A stretch of 64,000 nucleotides of DNA from Octopus bimaculoides (taxonomy: Eukaryota): positions 3,082,371 through 3,146,370 of the forward strand of contig NC_068987.1 of the NCBI RefSeq assembly GCF_001194135.2, written 5' to 3'. The notes beneath the pieces were generated by a model. That model was not told the DNA's origin. It did not search any database and saw only the letters and a program-made list of their open reading frames with translations. The position numbers were made by a program, and so were the translations under genes. Numbering within the stretch: the first letter of the stretch is position 1; every line of letters starts with the position of its first letter. Shown piece by piece: positions 24,111 to 36,440 of the stretch.

Positions 24111-25506
24111 ATTAATAAAAGAAGAAACCAGAAATAAACCTCACCAGAAACCAGTGGTTTAGAGATATAAAAAGAGAAGTAATACTATCTCAACATCCAT
24201 GTGGGTAGAGAAATTATGTTACATTTGTCTTCTTTAACCCATTGCCTGCCATGGGCCCCATTTGGGGATCTGCTGAAAACAGTCTCACTTCCGGTTGTTT
24301 TTTGTATTTAAAGTGAACTGCTTATGTAGATTGCATTTGCAGAGGTGTGTTTAACAATATTTAATCATTAAAGGTTGTCATTATTAGCTCTGGTTATTGC
24401 AATTTATGACATAAAATGTCATAAATTGCAATTTTGGAATTACAAAAATATTGACTGTTCTGAAAACGTTTTTTTTTTTTCTTGCATTTCCCATCAAAAT
24501 ATCATTCATTGATATTTCATACTCATTCGCATTTGATACTACAGTCTCAAAAAAAACTAAAATGTTTATTATTGGAATTGAATAGAAAAGGATAAATATG
24601 CTCGTTTCTCAGCAATCCCTATTTGGGACTTTTCGGAAAATTTATAATTTGCAAAACAATTCACATATGAAGAAAATTTCAATATTCACAATCCCTCTTG
24701 ATTCTTAAGTCCTTTCCTCATGAGTTTTCAATGATCCTTAATTCCTTGGAGCAATTAGTATCCCTACCCACTTGTATCCCCTCATACCTATACCTACCTG
24801 TATCCATCCCTATCCTTAGTGGGGCCAACATACTTAATATCCACCTTTGACCTCTTGGCAAGGGCCAATGAAGGAACTGCAAGAAATTGAATTCTGACAG
24901 CAACACCTGAGGCATTTGTGTATCAGTCTTGGAGAAGAACTTTTCCTTTGGATCACGCTGGTGGCATGGAGACGAGAAAATTTGCATCCATCATCGACTG
25001 CTGGTCGTTTTCACAAAAATACCTTACCCAGGCCTGTGCTAAAAATGGCAAATACACGGTCACCCTAATTGACAGTGGCTGGGAATGGACTTTATAAAGA
25101 CAAACATCATAACCTATTTCTCTACCCACACAGAATGGTCACAGTTAGAATATCTTTAATCATAGGTCCACTCCTTCTGGGCTAGCCTGGGGCTAAACAG
25201 CTGCTGCCAGCCATCACAGTCTCTTCTCTCATTGGATCACCTGACCACTAATCAAGGTAGCTAAGTGGATGATCAATATCCTTACATCATTCATCTCCAT
25301 GACAACCAAAGCCTACAATCCACAAACCCTCGGCTGATTCAAATCCATGGCTGACAACTCCTCATGAAAGTTACTGACTTGTTAACTATGGCATTAATTT
25401 ACCATTACAGTGCAAACGAGATGAAAATAAAGGATGTGTTTTGTGTACTGTACAGCTCTGTAAATTGCCTTGGATCATAAATTGCTCCCTTGTTATTCAC
25501 TATACA

Positions 25507-25666
25507 TGCAGGAGTGGCTGTGTGGTAAGTAGCTTGCTTCCCAACAACATGGTTCCAGGTTCAGTCTCATTGCGTGGCACCTTGGGCAAGTGTCTTCTAC
25601 AATAGCCTCGGGCCGACCAAAGCCTTGTGAGTGGATTCGGTAGACGGAAACTGAAAGAAGCCCGTC

Positions 25667-25700
<34 letters not shown>
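25507..25700 (+). mobile_element. SINE family A, 5' half ending in (TA)n
   Basis: Near-identical to the head and body of the 50731-51096 copy. Confidence 0.85.
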
Positions 25701-25709
<9 letters not shown>

Positions 25710-27735
25710 TGCCTTACTGGCACTTGTGCTGGTGGCATGTGAACAAAACATTGGACTCACTCCTGTGTATATTATGTAGAAAGATGATGGCTGAATGTGA
25801 TTGTAAGAAGTATGGTGTTGCATGACAGTGAAACATTAAACCTTTCACATTCAGATTACTCTATCAGACGTAATTATTTTATTTATTCACTTTGTGTTTC
25901 AGTTAATCATGCATTGTCTCAGAATTTCAAGATTTCAACATTCTAATTGTTTATATTTAGAATGACATTGCAGGATAGGTGTGAGAAGTTGGACCTGGCT
26001 GGTTTGAACATAAAACAAATACAATATTTGGACCGGATCTGGCTGGTTTAAATGCAAAGGGTTAGATATTTGTAATAACTGTGTTGGAAATAGTTAAATG
26101 AGATTCACTGGATTGTAACGATGCTCTCTCTCCATGCGCACACTAGTGTTGTAAAAAACAATATATTTCCGAATATATGAAGCTGCTGAAATTTGTCAAG
26201 CATTTAAGAAGATATTGTTTATTGCTCAAGCTGTCTTCTAGAAAATTTCTGAAATAAATAAGTCAAAAGAAACAATAAAGTAAATAATAAATTGAAAATG
26301 TTGCTTTTATTTATCTGTCCATTATCAGAGGTTTCATCTTATTTACTTATCTAATGTTTTAGATCTTGTTACATAGTTTTATAGTCAGACACATCTCTAC
26401 CTGACACGATCTTTAAATATTTATTAAACTCCAACAGTCTTTACATCTATTATGAAAACATCAAGCATAAAGTATGCAGTCTTTTTGGGAGAGCAGTTTT
26501 TAAGGGTCTTTTCTCAGAAAGCGTCTGCAACTTGTCTTAAAATTTTTGAGTTGGTTGGTTTGACAGGAACTGGTAAGCCAAAGAGCTGCACCAGGCACCA
26601 ACTGTCAGCCCTTGCAAGATTTCTACAGCTGCATGCCCTTCCAAATGCCAACCACTTTACAAAATGTACTGGGTGCTTTTTACATGGCACCAGCCTGTAA
26701 AAGAAGCACCCAGTACACTCTGTAAATACACGGAATCTGTTTCTTTTCTGTTTAATTTCTGGATCGTCTGGCATTAATAAACATTTTATTCACAGATTTT
26801 AGTAAAGTTTTTTTCCATACAAATCAACCCCATTTTTTATGTACCATCTTTAATAAAGACAGTTGCAGCTTTTCAGCACAGTTTCATTACTATGTCAACA
26901 TGTGTGTGTGTGTGCGCACATGCATGCACGTGTGTGTGTGTGTGTGTTTCAGACTTTATCGCACTCAACCCTAAGTGTTCATCATACAAGATCTATAATA
27001 AAATTAGCTCAGTCTCCCAATATTGTGAACGAGTTTATTGCCCTAATGTTTAAAAGTTTTGTACTTTTTCAATAAATCGCTGTTAATATTGCTCCACTGA
27101 GCACATTAAAATGTCTGGTAACAATATAAGCTCACTTTTGCTCCACAGAAAAGCTTTATGATCTGACTGTGAATGCTCTATTACACTGTTATTAGTGAAA
27201 AGAATGTCTGTATTTCTGAAGTAATTGTTCAAACAAGACCCAAGATGTATTCACTTTTTACTCTAATGAACCCTTGTCATGCTATTTCCCTATAATTCAA
27301 GTAACATGTGGCTAATGATGGTTTGTTACTTCAATATATTCATTGTTCTCTATATATTTTCTTCAATTCTTAAGAGAGATACTAATATATATCGGAGATG
27401 GTGGTGAGGACATTGTAAATAGCAAAGATGTTGATGAAGTGTGACAGAAATATTGAACGGCTTTTAAACTAATGACTTATATTTCCAGCTAAAATTGATG
27501 TTGAAAATAAAAGATAAAAAGTTGGCTCAAATTATTGGCATCATTATTCTGACATAAAAATACTTTATTTATTGGCATTGGTGTTTGGTTAAGACTTTTG
27601 ATTTGCAGCCGCATGGTTCTAGATTTGATCCTGCTATGCAGTACCTTGGGTAAGTGTCGCCTACCAAAGCCAAAGCTTTAGGTTCACTTATGTCTTGTTG
27701 CTGGAGTTTGGTAGATGGAAACTCTACAGAAGTTC

Positions 27736-27768
<33 letters not shown>

Positions 27769-28440
27769 ATAGCAGTGTAGATACAGAATTAATTTCACAA
27801 CGGCATGGTTTTGGGCTCTTTTCCACTGTGTGGCATCTTGGGTGAGTGGCTTGGGTTGAACACTGCCTTATGAATGGATAATTGGTAGATAGAAACTGTG
27901 TGGAAGCTTGATGGTTGTGTGTGTGTGTGTATTGACAGTCCATGTCTTCATGTAGCACTGTCTGAAAAAGTGATGTCATGTCTACATTTTTTGTAAGAGT
28001 GATTTTGAGCATCAATAGAATTTTTTTAAAAACCCTTCCTTCCTTGTGAGTAATTGGAAGGTCATCTGACCATAAAATACTGCCTTAGATTTGTCTGTCC
28101 AACCGATGCTTGCATAGAAACTGAATTTAAAATGAACTGGAATATTTACTAATGAATGCCATCCATGCAATACTAATGTTTATTAAAACACACCATAGTA
28201 AACTTTAACTTTGCTTCGACTTAGAATTTACCTGAGGGAGAGGGTTCAATGCAGTGGGGACGTTTTATGATGTAGGGGTCTCAATAAAATAGGTACCAGT
28301 TGTTGACAGGTATATTATTATACCTTTAATCAAGAGTAATCTTCTTCTTCCCATCTTTTTCTTGTGCATTCTCCTCTAATTATTGTTTCAGGAATTTTCT
28401 ATATTAAAAAAAAACTTATGTTGTTTTTCTTATTTTCCAG

Positions 28441-28628
28441 ATCCAAGAGTTGCTGACTGGTTCATGATGGCAACCCCTTGGCCTGCATTCTTCTTGTGTG
28501 TCTTCTATGTTTCTTCTGTCAAGATTGGAATTGGTATAATGGCCAAACGGAAACCGTTTGAAATAAGGAAAATTTTAGTAGTCTACAATATATTTATGAT
28601 GTTTCTCTCTGGCTATGTATTTGTCGAA
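28441..28628 (+). CDS. ELOVL7: ELOVL1/7-like fatty acid elongase, coding exon (188 bp; D-PRVADWFMMATPW...GYVFVE)
   Basis: ttttccag acceptor and GAA|gtaaga donor; DPRV..W.MM..PW and K.PF.....LV.YN motifs of the ELO family; phase-1 start, so an upstream coding exon is required. Confidence 0.93.
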
Positions 28629-29076
28629 GTAAGAACTCATTTTTTCTTCTTTGTTCAATATTTTATTCTGTTTTTGGATGAGGCCCCTTTATTCTGTTCC
28701 CTATCACCAGATATGAGACAAATATATTTAAATGAGAGCCTCACCATAAAGAACACCAACTTTCATCCACTTGCTCCCTCTTATATTTGCCATTAACTAC
28801 CTTATTTTATAGCTGGTGATTGGAAATGAATGAGACACTCAGACATTTGTATTGCATCCTACAGTTTATTGCTTATGGTGAAGCAACAGAGATTTATGCA
28901 CACACATATTATACAAAACCAAGATACAAAGACAGGTGAGGGAACAAACAGGGTGTAGTAGTCTGACACTCAGAAAAAAAAATGGAAGAAGTCTTTGACA
29001 TTTTGAGCATATGCTCTTCTGCAGAAAGGAATGAGAAGGGAAAATAGAGAAAAGAAACATGTCTAGATTACAGTGT

Positions 29077-29121
<45 letters not shown>

Positions 29122-29664
29122 CCCAAGTCCTGGCATCATGTGATGGTTGTAAACAAGCACCACTGCCATACAAGCAGTGTTGTTTGTTTGCAGTCTTCTA
29201 AGCATGGGGAAATATTGCCTTACTTGGTGAAGGTTGGTGATGGGAAGGGCATCCAGCCATAGAAAATATGTATGACCCATGCAAGCAAGGAAACCTGAAC
29301 ATTAACTGATAATGATGTGTCTGTGCATATACTTGTATGTCTAATGTCCTCTATGACTATTACTACCACACTTTCCCAGATACACACTGTGTTATTTGCA
29401 CCGACTCACCTCCACTATCACTGCCACCACCTTATCATCTAAATACCATGTCAAACATATCCGTGATCAGATATTCCAGCCATGACCATCCCTTCACTTT
29501 AGGTTGATTTACAGCTATGCTATCTTGGGTTTCTTGGATTAAGACAGTAGGATGTTATTTTTTTAAAATTTGGCTGCTATTTTCAGCAACCACGTCCAGT
29601 CAACAGTAGTGATGTTGATGATTGTGATGATGTGTAAGGGTTTCGCTTCATTTGTACTCCCTTG

Positions 29665-30430
29665 GTAAGAAGCATGTTTCTCAACCACTTTGTTCTAGGT
29701 TCAGTCCCACTGTGTGGCACTTGACCAAAGCCTTGAGTGAATTTGGTAGACGGAAACTGAAAGAAGCCTGTCATGTATACATATATGTGTGTGCGTTGGT
29801 GTGTTTATGTCCCTGTAACTTAGCAGGTCAGCAAGAGAGACCAATGGGATAAATATCAGGGTTTAAAAAAAAAACATAAGTATTAGGGGCTCAATTTGTT
29901 TGACTGAAATCCTTCGATGTGGTGCCCCAGCATGACCACAGTCAAATGACTGAAACAAGGACAAGAGCAAAAGAATGGGGGCAAGAGTCATATTGGAATC
30001 TCTGACTTTAGGGAGGGAAATTCCTTGATCATAACATCAGGGCAGATCCTAACAATGATTTGTTGAAGCAAGAACTGTGGCGTTAGTAAACTTGCTTTGA
30101 AACTACATGTTTGCAGGTTCAGTTCCACTTTGTGGCACTTTGGGCAAGTGGCTCATAATTTAGCCCTGGGCCAAGCAAAGTCTTGTGAGTGAATTTGGTA
30201 GATGGAAACTACATGGAAACCCATTTGTGTGTGTGTGTGTCTCTGCGTCTGTGTTTGCTCCTACCCCACTGCTTGTCAACTGGTGTTAGTTTGTTTACAT
30301 CCTCTTAACTTAGCAGTTTGGCAAAAGAGATCAATAGGACTATTACCAGACTTAAAACAATAAATCTAAGTATGCAGGTCAGTTTGTTTTCAAGACAGTG
30401 CCCCAGCATGACTGCTGTCTAGCGACTAAA
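29665..30430 (+). mobile_element. Two consecutive SINE family A copies in an ELOVL intron
   Basis: About 29665-29965 and 30070-30430; same head, body, internal (TG)n and tail. Confidence 0.75.
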
Positions 30431-30639
30431 ATGAATAAAAAAAAAAAAACCCAGAAAGCAGACATGTGAACCATCTCCCAGGTGATGAGAACTTTATACC
30501 GGAACTAAGATCTCCCAGGTAACACAGGCTGGGTACTTCATACCTGAACCAATCTCCCAGGTAACACCAGTTTAAGCCAGACACTACAGATACTGGACTC
30601 TCTAACTTAAACACTCGTTTATCCAGTTTGACCACCTTA

Positions 30640-30673
<34 letters not shown>

Positions 30674-30788
30674 ATTCTATTCAGTGAGCCTTCTTAGTTT
30701 CTTCACCAATCCCTCACAATGCTTCTCACTCACATTCTCTTTCTCTCTCCTTCCTCCATATCTCTCCACCTCTCCCCATTCTCTATCT

Positions 30789-30842
<54 letters not shown>

Positions 30843-31069
30843 TCGTGCAATGGCCTGTATTGCTATTTCCAGTCTGATATAAATAAACACCTTCTAAATA
30901 AGAGAGCTTACTATTTGAGCTGTTTGTGTGTATCTCCTGCATTGAATGGAAGGGGACAACGAGTGCAGATAATCCTCCTACAAATGACATGTTTAGATGA
31001 TATATATACATACACACACATATATCTATAGATATAGATGATGTATACATATGTGTGTATGTACATATA

Positions 31070-31707
31070 NNNNNNNNNNNNNNNNNNNNNNNNNNNNNNN
31101 NNNNNNNNNNNNNNNNNNNNNNNNNNNNNNNNNNNNNNNNNNNNNNNNNNNNNNNNNNNNNNNNNNNNNNNNNNNNNNNNNNNNNNNNNNNNNNNNNNNN
31201 NNNNNNNNNNNNNNNNNNNNNNNNNNNNNNNNNNNNNNNNNNNNNNNNNNNNNNNNNNNNNNNNNNNNNNNNNNNNNNNNNNNNNNNNNNNNNNNNNNNN
31301 NNNNNNNNNNNNNNNNNNNNNNNNNNNNNNNNNNNNNNNNNNNNNNNNNNNNNNNNNNNNNNNNNNNNNNNNNNNNNNNNNNNNNNNNNNNNNNNNNNNN
31401 NNNNNNNNNNNNNNNNNNNNNNNNNNNNNNNNNNNNNNNNNNNNNNNNNNNNNNNNNNNNNNNNNNNNNNNNNNNNNNNNNNNNNNNNNNNNNNNNNNNN
31501 NNNNNNNNNNNNNNNNNNNNNNNNNNNNNNNNNNNNNNNNNNNNNNNNNNNNNNNNNNNNNNNNNNNNNNNNNNNNNNNNNNNNNNNNNNNNNNNNNNNN
31601 NNNNNNNNNNNNNNNNNNNNNNNNNNNNNNNNNNNNNNNNNNNNNNNNNNNNNNNNNNNNNNNNNNNNNNNNNNNNNNNNNNNNNNNNNNNNNNNNNNNN
31701 NNNNNNN
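31070..31707. other. Assembly gap (N run); others at 20459-20484, 40954-40995, 49405-49650, 51276-51535 and 56826-56853
   Basis: N characters. Confidence 1.
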
Positions 31708-31860
31708 ATCATCGTCGTTTAACGTCTGCTTTCCATGCTAGCATGGGTTGGATGATTTGACTGAGGACTGGTGAAACCAGATGGCTACACCAAACTCCAA
31801 TCTAATCTGGCAGAGTTTCTACAGTTGGATGCCCTTCCTAACGCCAACCACTCCGAGAGT
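31708..31860 (-). mobile_element. Family C copy
   Basis: Same sequence as 1682-1838; follows a gap. Confidence 0.8.
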
Positions 31861-31862
31861 AT

Positions 31863-31902
<40 letters not shown>

Positions 31903-32545
31903 TGTTTTCTGCTCTTATCTATCAGAACTATCATTCTGGTTGGACTGTCAACAATGAATTGGTATTTGCAGTTGATGATGTGTAACAATGCAGAAAAGCT
32001 TGCCTGCCACAATCCAATGACCTCATTTGTGGTGCCAATGTGTTTTCACACATTGTAGAAGAGGAACAATTTCTCCTAATCCTATTTCTGCAGCAAAACA
32101 TACACGAGAGAGTTAAAAATCGTTATTCAATGCTGCTTTGTACAATTATTTAATACCCCAATGCTGGTCTCGTGGAAAAAGAACACTGGTACTGGTGCCA
32201 AAAGAAGAATTCTGGTGCTGGTGTCACATCACTGTAAAGTGGTTGGCATTAGGAAGGAGATCCAGCTGTAGAAACCATGCCAAAACAGACAATGGAACCT
32301 GGTGTGTCTCCTGACCTTGCTAATTCCTGTCAACCCATGCCAACATGGAAAGCAGACATTAAATGATTATGATGGTGGTGATAACACACACACACGCATG
32401 CATATGAATTACTACAACAGAGTTATTTCCTAAAACAAAATTCAAACTTTGTATGGAAGGTTTCCCTTAAGGACCTGAAAGTTCAAATTTCCTTGTTCCT
32501 TATCTGAACACTCCTTCTCTATCCTCAATTTGATGGTGTACAGTT

Positions 32546-32547
<2 letters not shown>

Positions 32548-32601
<54 letters not shown>
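32548..32601. repeat. (TG)n microsatellite; representative of dozens of (CA/TG)n, (TA)n, (CT)n, (CAT)n and (AAT)n tracts
   Basis: Seen directly; ends about 60 nt upstream of the 32663 exon. Confidence 0.95.
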
Positions 32602-32604
<3 letters not shown>

Positions 32605-32662
32605 TCGGGTATGTTAACATTGGCAATGAACCAAACTGACCTCTGGATGTTTTCTTTTGCAG

Positions 32663-32746
32663 TTTCTTCTTTCTGGTTGGCTAACAGGAACTTATAGTCT
32701 TGGCTGTCAGCCTGTCGATTACTCCTACACTCCACTGGCAATACGT
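32663..32746 (+). CDS. ELOVL7: ELOVL exon (84 bp; FLLSGWLTGTYSLGCQPVDYSYTPLAIR)
   Basis: ttttgcag acceptor and CGT|gtgagt donor; GW....YS..CQPVDYS motif; not in the ORF track. Confidence 0.93.
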
Positions 32747-33480
32747 GTGAGTAATTTTCCATTCCTTATTCCAACTGCAAATTATTGCAGCCTTCATTAT
32801 TCTTAATTGTATGTATTTATGTATTTGTGTAGTGTGTGTGTGTGTATGTGTGTGTTTTAATGACTTGGCTGGAAGAAGAAAAACTGTGCCCGGGAACTTT
32901 TATAGGGACTTGGAGACTAAGTTGGTGGAAGCCAACCACAAAGCAGAGACTTGGCCCCAATACTTGCAATAGGGTAATCCCCTCTAAAAGCACCCCAAAA
33001 CGCTAGTCAATGCTCCTTTCGGCTGAACATTTGTTGTTGTTGTTGGCTAGTCTGTGATTGAGGACATGTTGAATTTGGGGCTGCGTGAAAAAGTAACTGA
33101 ACATCAACTGTGAACATATGACAAGATTTTATTGTGACAGTGTGTGACACACAAGGTTACAACATAAATAATTTCATCCTGGAAGAGAAGGAAAAAAAAC
33201 CATGCATGAGACATTGTGAATGTTTAGTTCAGTCAGTCCAAGAACCTGGAGATGTCTGCCTGCTCAGATATCTGGTACCAGCTGCTGTGGCCAGAATGGA
33301 GGTACGTATCGCTCAGCTGTCTCAAAATTCTGTCATAAATTAACACCAAAAGCAGCCTTTGATAGGGTCCAAGAGGAAGATTGAGGTGAAACTGCTGTGG
33401 TTCAGTTGTGATGTCTGACTGGATATCCAGAGATTCAGTTTCAGGTCCCTGCTACACTCACATCAACACACTTCTATACA

Positions 33481-33792
33481 CATTATTTACATTTGACGGA
33501 TATTTGTCCTCATCTTGTTTGTTGTTAACACATTTCGTTTGATATACTCTCCAGCCTTCATCAGGTGTCTTGGGGGAAATTTCGAACCTGGGTTCTCATT
33601 CCTAATGTATTTTTCGATGTTGTCATTATTATTATTCAGATCACTGCTTGGAATCGAACTCGGAATCTTGGGGTTAGTAGCCTGTGCTCTTAACCACTAT
33701 GCCATATGCCTGTTAACAACAAACAAGATGAGGACAAATATCCGTCAAATGTAAATAATGTACATAATTCCTCATCTCTTAAATATAGAACT
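33481..33792 (-). mobile_element. Family D copy 3 with inverted tail and 13-bp target-site duplication
   Basis: Main copy 33481-33709 (-), inverted tail 33711-33792; ACACTTCTATACA at 33468-33480 and 33793-33805. Confidence 0.88.
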
Positions 33793-33899
33793 ACACTTCT
33801 ATACAATTTTCTTCTTTCAAATTTTTCTTCTAAGACTTTGGTCTGTGGCAGAAGATGCCCAAAGTTCCATTTTGTGGGATTGAACCTGATAATATGTAG

Positions 33900-34770
33900 T
33901 TCCAAAGCAATGTTTCACCTTCACAGCCATTTAAATGTTGTTACTGATGTGCTGGTGGTAAAGTATATTACATTACTCATCTCATAATCAAACCCATGAT
34001 TAGAAGATTTCAGTGTAAGAATCTGGACTCTTTAACTGTGTAAAAAGGGAGTAAAATGGGGCTTGGAACTGTGTAGCTTATGTAAATTATAGATTCACAA
34101 TAGATACTGTGAATTTACAGGCAGGCTGAGAGAGAAGGGCTTTGTGGGTGGCAGACGAGAGTTGCTAACCACAAGAACTGCCATGAAGCAGATTCTTCCA
34201 AATGCTCAGAATATTCTTTAGATGTCAGTGATGTCTTCACCTCTGTTACCTGAGTGACCTAATTAGCAATGGAGGTGGGTGTTCTGAAAGTCTGGTTAAT
34301 TAGGGTAATAACTGGATGGAAAAAGTTTTCGGGAGTTATTAAACAATAGGGGACTTCTCTCTGCCAGTAAGCAGCTGACCTCATGATGGTTGTGTAAAAA
34401 AATGTGATGTTACATGGTAGTAAAATATTGGCATCAAATTTCTAGAAACAAAACAGGATGTGTAGTGAATGGGTGAAGTGAGAGCAAAGCGATGTTTGAG
34501 AAGCATCTGATATCATGTATAAGAGAGGAGACTGTGTCGGTATGGACATGTGATACTTATAAAGTGCACCAGCTGGATACAGAAGTGCCTAGCGATAACG
34601 TTACCAGAAGTTATGAAAGAGGAAAACTTAGGAAGAATTGGTGAAAGTTGAGAACGGAAGATTAAACCTTTCTGAAGAGGATGGTGAATTACTATAATAA
34701 AGGGTGATGTTGTTTGTGCTTTGAATGACTTGAACAATCATTGAAAGCATTAAAAGACAGGTATAGAATC
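33900..34770 (+). mobile_element. Highly degenerate RTE LINE RT C-terminal region
   Basis: RRLCRYGHV (RLRWYGHV-like) at about 34520-34550 followed by RTE-like tail sequence. Confidence 0.5.
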
Positions 34771-34875
34771 ATGATGAAGATGATGCACACGACTGCATCA
34801 TATCATTCAACTATTTTAACATCTTCCAATAACAGAAAGAAATCTAAGAAAGATTTTTTTTTATTTTTACTTGTC

Positions 34876-35370
34876 TCATCATCATCATCATCATCATCAT
34901 CATTTAACGTCCGTTTTCCATGCTGGCATGGGTTGGATGGTTCCACTGGGGTCTAGGAAGCCAGGAGGCTGCACCAGGCCCCAGTCTGATCTGGCAGTGT
35001 TTCTACAGGTGAATGCCCTTCCTAATGCCAACCACTCTGAGAGTGTAGAGGGTGCTTTTTACGTGCCACCGGCATGAGCCAGAGGTGCTGGCATCAACCA
35101 CGATCGGATGATGCTTTTTACATGCCACTAGCATGGAAGCCAGTCAAGGTGGCACTGGCATCAGCCACGTTCAGATGGTGCTTTTTACATGTTGCCGGCA
35201 TGGAAGCCAGTCAAAGTGGCACTGGCATCGGCCACGTTCGGATGGTGCTTTTTACGTGCCACGGGGATCACAACTACAATTTCCATTTGATTGTGATTTG
35301 ATATGATATGATTTGATATTGATATTGATGCACTTGACTCAATAGGTCTCCTCAAGCACAGCATGTCGCT
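34876..35370 (-). mobile_element. Family C copy with internal tandem units
   Basis: Reverse complement of the 47640-48057 copy, starting with (CAT)n. Confidence 0.85.
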
Positions 35371-35533
35371 CCCAGCAAATAAAATGAGTTCACAGCTGTA
35401 ACCTACACCAGTGTCGCATAACTAGCCCACTCAAAACTACAGGATCTAAACTTATTATTCCCCAAATTTAAATATTTTAAGTCTCTCACATATTTCATTA
35501 TTTTGCTTTTCCTGTAATTCAATATCTTTCCAG

Positions 35534-35590
35534 ATGGCTAAAGTATCTTGGCTGTTCTTCTTCTCAAAGTTTATCGAGTTCTTTGATACA
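35534..35590 (+). CDS. ELOVL7: ELOVL exon (57 bp; MAKVSWLFFFSKFIEFFDT)
   Basis: ctttccag acceptor and ACA|gtaagt donor; SKxxExxDT ELO motif. Confidence 0.95.
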
Positions 35591-36029
35591 GTAAGTACAA
35601 TTCCTTTAACTACAACAATAAGCTCTCTCTAACTTTCTTACAAATTTCAACCGAAAAATGTCAATAATTTGTTCTGCATCAGTTTAGCTTCCAAACAGGA
35701 CCTTGGATGAGTCCAACTAAGACGGGTGGTTCACTGACTAAAACATTACAACTGCCTACATTCTGAGTTCAAACTCTATCAAGGTTAACTTTACCTTTCA
35801 TCTTCATGAGAGTCTAGCTTCATACTGTTCTAGACTAAAATGGTATTTTGGCAGACAAGGTAGTGTTCTTCATACAGTTGAGTAAATAACATTTCATGAG
35901 TCCAGAAGAAACAAAAATAAAATCTGTTAGAATTGTAATATAGTGCTATGAATTGTGATAAAGATTTTCTGTTTAAGAAAATTTCACATTTAAAGAAATA
36001 TTAATTCTAATATTTACATTTCATTGTAG

Positions 36030-36135
36030 TTATTTTTCATCCTGAGGAAGAAATTTGGTCATATATCATTCCTGCATGTTTTCCATCATGGTGCCTTACC
36101 GTTTATGTGGTGGTTTGGTGTCAAGTTTGTACCGG
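36030..36135 (+). CDS. ELOVL7: ELOVL exon (106 bp; [36 protein letters not shown])
   Basis: cattgtag acceptor and CGG|gtgagt donor; catalytic HxxHH box (HVFHH); WWFGVKF resembles vertebrate ELOVL1/7. Confidence 0.96.
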
Positions 36136-36182
36136 GTGAGTAGCTTTCTTACATTCTTGTATTTAATACTTAATTTTCATCA

Positions 36183-36440
36183 GCACCATCATCATTGTTT
36201 AACGTCTATTTTCCATGCTGGCATGGGTTGGACGGTTTGACTGGGGACTGGCAAGCCAGGGGGCTGTACCAGGCTCCAGTCTGATCTGGCTAGGTTTCTA
36301 CAGCTGGATGCCCTTCCTAACATCAACCGCTCCAAGAGTGTAGTGAGTGCTTTTATGTGCCACTGGCATGGGAGACAGTCAGGCGGCACTAGCAACGACC
36401 ACACTCGAATGGTACTTTTTACATGCCACTAACACGGGAG
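36183..36440 (-). mobile_element. Family C copy 48 nt downstream of the HVFHH exon
   Basis: CATCATCATTGTTTAACGTCTATTTTCCATGCTGGCATGGG... Confidence 0.85.

Noticed and set aside
24234-25100. TTAACCC... start suggesting a piggyBac-like element, with an ETS-like CACTTCCGGT motif
   Set aside because: No matching right end found; a single short motif is not enough for a promoter call
31026-31760. Long ORFs full of X here and at 49387-49692, 51217-51690, 40848-41102 and 56654-56924
   Set aside because: Artefacts of N gaps
35040-35270. CRISPR-like repeat-spacer appearance of the family C tandem units
   Set aside because: Eukaryotic context, degenerate units without unique spacers and no cas genes
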